From: Macrostomum lignano
Taxonomy: Eukaryota
Reading direction: 5' to 3'
Assembly: GCA_002269645.1 (NCBI GenBank)
Contig: NIVC01003073.1
Span: 5,236-69,235, forward strand
DNA: 64,000 nucleotides
Below are positions 60,882 through 64,000 of this stretch, one piece after another. Numbering within the stretch: the stretch's first letter is position 1; each line of letters begins with the position of its first letter. The notes beneath the pieces are model-generated. The model was not told the DNA's origin. It was given only the letters and a program-made list of their open reading frames with translations, and ran no database searches. The translations under genes and the position numbers were made by a program.

Positions 60882-63715
60882 AAACTATAGCCTACTAACT
60901 GAATAATTTGTGACCAAACTATAGCCTACTAACTGAATAATTTGTGACCAACCTATAGCCTACTAACTGAATAATTTGTGACCAAACTATAGCCTACTAA
61001 CTGAATAATTTGTGACCAAACTATAGCCTACTAACTGAATAATTTGTGACCAAACTATAGCCTACTAACTGAATAATTTGTGACCAAACTATAGCCTACT
61101 AACTGAATAATTTGTGACCAAACTATAGCCTACTAACTGAATAACTTGTGACCAAACTATAGCCTACTAACTGAATAATTTGTGACCAAACTATAGCCTA
61201 CTAACTGAATAATTTGTGACCAAACTATAGCCTACTAACTGAATAATTTGTGACCAAACTATAGCCTACTAACTGAATAATTTGTGACCAAACTATAGCC
61301 TACTAACTGAATAATTTGTGACCAAACTATAGCCTACTAACTGAATAATTTGTGACCAAACTATAGCCTACTAACTGAATAATTTGTGACCAAACTATAG
61401 CCTACTAACTGAATAATTTGTGACCAAACTATAGCCTACTAACTGAATAATTTGTGACCAAACTATAGCCTACTAACTGAATAATTTGTGACCAAACTAT
61501 AGCCTACTAACTGAATAATTTGTGACCAAACTATAGCCTACTAACTGAATAATTTGTGACCAAACTATAGCCTACTAACTGAATAATTTGTGACCAAACT
61601 ATAGCCTACTAACTGAATAATTTGTGACCAAACTATAGCCTACTAACTGAATAATTTGTGACCAAACTATAGCCTACTAACTGAATAATTTGTGACCAAA
61701 CTATAGCCTACTAACTGAATAATTTGTGACCAAACTATAGCCTACTAACTGAATAATTTGTGACCAAACTATAGCCTACTAACTGAATAATTTGTGACCA
61801 AACTATAGCCTACTAACTGAATAATTTGTGACCAAACTATAGCCTACTAACTGAATAATTTGTGACCAAACTATAGCCTACTAACTGAATAATTTGTGAC
61901 CAAACTATAGCCTACTAACTGAATAATTTGTGACCAAACTATAGCCTACTAACTACTGAATAATTTGTGACCAAACTATAGCCTACTAACTGAATAATTT
62001 GTGACCAAACTATAGCCTACTAACTGAATAATTTGTGACCAAACTATAGCCTACTAACTGAATAACTTGTGACCAAACTATAGCCTACTAACTGAATAAC
62101 TTGTGACCAAACTATAGCCTACTAACTGAATAATTTGTGACCAAACTATAGCCTACTAACTGAATAATTTGTGACCAAACTATAGCCTACTAACTGAATA
62201 ATTTGTGACCAAACTATAGCCTACTAACTGAATAATTTGTGACCAAACTATAGCCTACTAACTGAATAATTTGTGACCAAACTATAGCCTACTAACTGAA
62301 TAATTTGTGACCAAACTATAGCCTACTAACTGAATAATTTGTGACCAAACTATAGCCTACTAACTGAATAATTTGTGACCAAAACTATAGCCTACTAACT
62401 GAATAATTTGTGACCAAACTATAGCCTACTAACTGAATAATTTGTGACCAAACTATAGCCTACTAACTGAATAATTTGTGACCAAACTATAGCCTACTAA
62501 CTGAATAATTTGTGACCAAACTATAGCCTACTAACTGAATAATTTGTGACCAAACTATAGCCTACTAACTGAATAATTTGTGACCAAACTATAGCCTACT
62601 AACTGAATAATTTGTGACCAAACTATAGCCTACTAACTGAATAATTTGTGACCAAACTATAGCCTACTAACTGAATAATTTGTGACCAAACTATAGCCTA
62701 CTAACTGAATAATTTGTGACCAAACTATAGCCTACTAACTGAATAATTTGTGACCAAACTATAGCCTACTAACTGAATAATTTGTGACCAAACTATAGCC
62801 TACTAACTGAATAATTTGTGACCAAACTATAGCCTACTAACTGAATAATTTGTGACCAAACTATAGCCTACTAACTGAATAATTTGTGACCAAACTATAG
62901 CCTACTAACTGAATAACTTGTGACCAAACTATAGCCTACTAACTGAATAACTTGTGACCAAACTATAGCCTACTAACTGAATAATTTGTGACCAAACTAT
63001 AGCCTACTAACTGAATAATTTGTGACCAAACTATAGCCTACTAACTGAATAATTTGTGACCAAACTATAGCCTACTAACTGAATAATTTGTGACCAAACT
63101 ATAGCCTACTAACTGAATAATTTGGACCAAACTATAGCCTACTAACTGAATAATTTGTGACCAAACTATAGCCTACTAACTGAATAACTTGTGACCAAAC
63201 TATAGCCTACTAACTGAATAATTTGTGACCAAACTATAGCCTACTAACTGAATAATTTGTGACCAAACTATAGCCTACTAACTGAATAATTTGTGACCAA
63301 ACTATAGCCTACTAACTGAATAATTTGTGACCAAACTATAGCCTACTAACTGAATAACTTGTGACCAAACTATAGCCTACTAACTGAATAATTTGTGACC
63401 AAACTATAGCCTACTAACTGAATAATTTGTGACCAAACTATAGCCTACTAACTGAATAATTTGTGACCAAACTATAGCCTACTAACTGAATAACTTGTGA
63501 CCAAACTATAGCCTACTAACTGAATAATTTGTGACCAAACTATAGCCTACTAACTGAATAATTTGTGACCAAACTATAGCCTACTAACTGAATAATTGGT
63601 GACAAAACTATAGCCTACTAACTGAATAATTTGTGACCAAACTATAACCTACTAACTGAATAACTTGTGACCAAAAAAATAGCCTACTAACTGAATAACT
63701 TGTGACCAAACTATA
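60882..63715. repeat. 34-bp satellite GAATAATTTGTGACCAAACTATAGCCTACTAACT, about 83 highly homogeneous copies
   Basis: Head-to-tail copies with no spacers. Confidence 0.97.
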
Positions 63716-64000
63716 CCATCGCTGTTGACTATTGAAAGCTCGAATAAAACCCCTGTGACTGCAGCACATAACTTTCCTCGAAATGTTCTAGTTTCTTAAA
63801 GTCGGGTCAGATAGAATACCGTACGATGGTAGCTGCATGTAGAAAAGTTAGTTTTCAATCTACGAGTAAAATTAAAAAGCTGCCTAATTAGGGAAACTAC
63901 AACATGTACGTATTGATAAGTATTGATAGAATTTCAGAAATAAATTTTAGCAATTTAACTTGCTTTATTGAATTGTCACAAGATCAGATGAATTATTGAA

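Noticed and set aside
60882-63715. CRISPR array (34-bp repeat)
   Set aside because: Units are head-to-tail with no unique spacers, there are no cas genes, and the context is eukaryotic. The same applies to the 23-, 26-, 30- and 56-bp arrays.

Overview
Eukaryotic nuclear DNA from a repeat-rich invertebrate, most likely the flatworm Macrostomum lignano. The basis is GC-rich exons, minisatellite-filled introns and a 42-43 nt match to the Macrostomum spliced leader (SL) as I recall it. From left to right: (1) the 5' half of a young Ty3/Gypsy LTR retrotransposon (- strand; 1000-bp LTR, tRNA-Lys(UUU) PBS, gag with CCHC knuckle, -1 frameshift pseudoknot, protease and start of RT); (2) about 28 kb dominated by simple and minisatellite arrays, with one intronless 556-aa orphan ORF and some unassigned exon-like islands; (3) a 5-exon RMND5/GID2 gene (-) head-to-head with a 6-exon PRDM10-like gene (+), with a hAT MITE, a foldback element and a Penelope remnant with decayed hammerhead ribozymes in and between them; (4) a 2-exon PhyH-family Fe/2OG dioxygenase; (5) a small spliced gene for a secreted protein resembling bacterial Ntox35-type RNase toxins; (6) a truncated piggyBac; (7) a secreted fibrinogen-domain gene with a tRNA-derived SINE in its intron; (8) a 2.8-kb 34-bp satellite. 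The two most striking observations are the host SL exon sitting at the predicted transcription start inside the retrotransposon LTR, followed by a splice donor and six tandem splice acceptors, and the intron-containing secreted toxin-like gene. All family assignments come from motif recognition by eye; no database searches were run.
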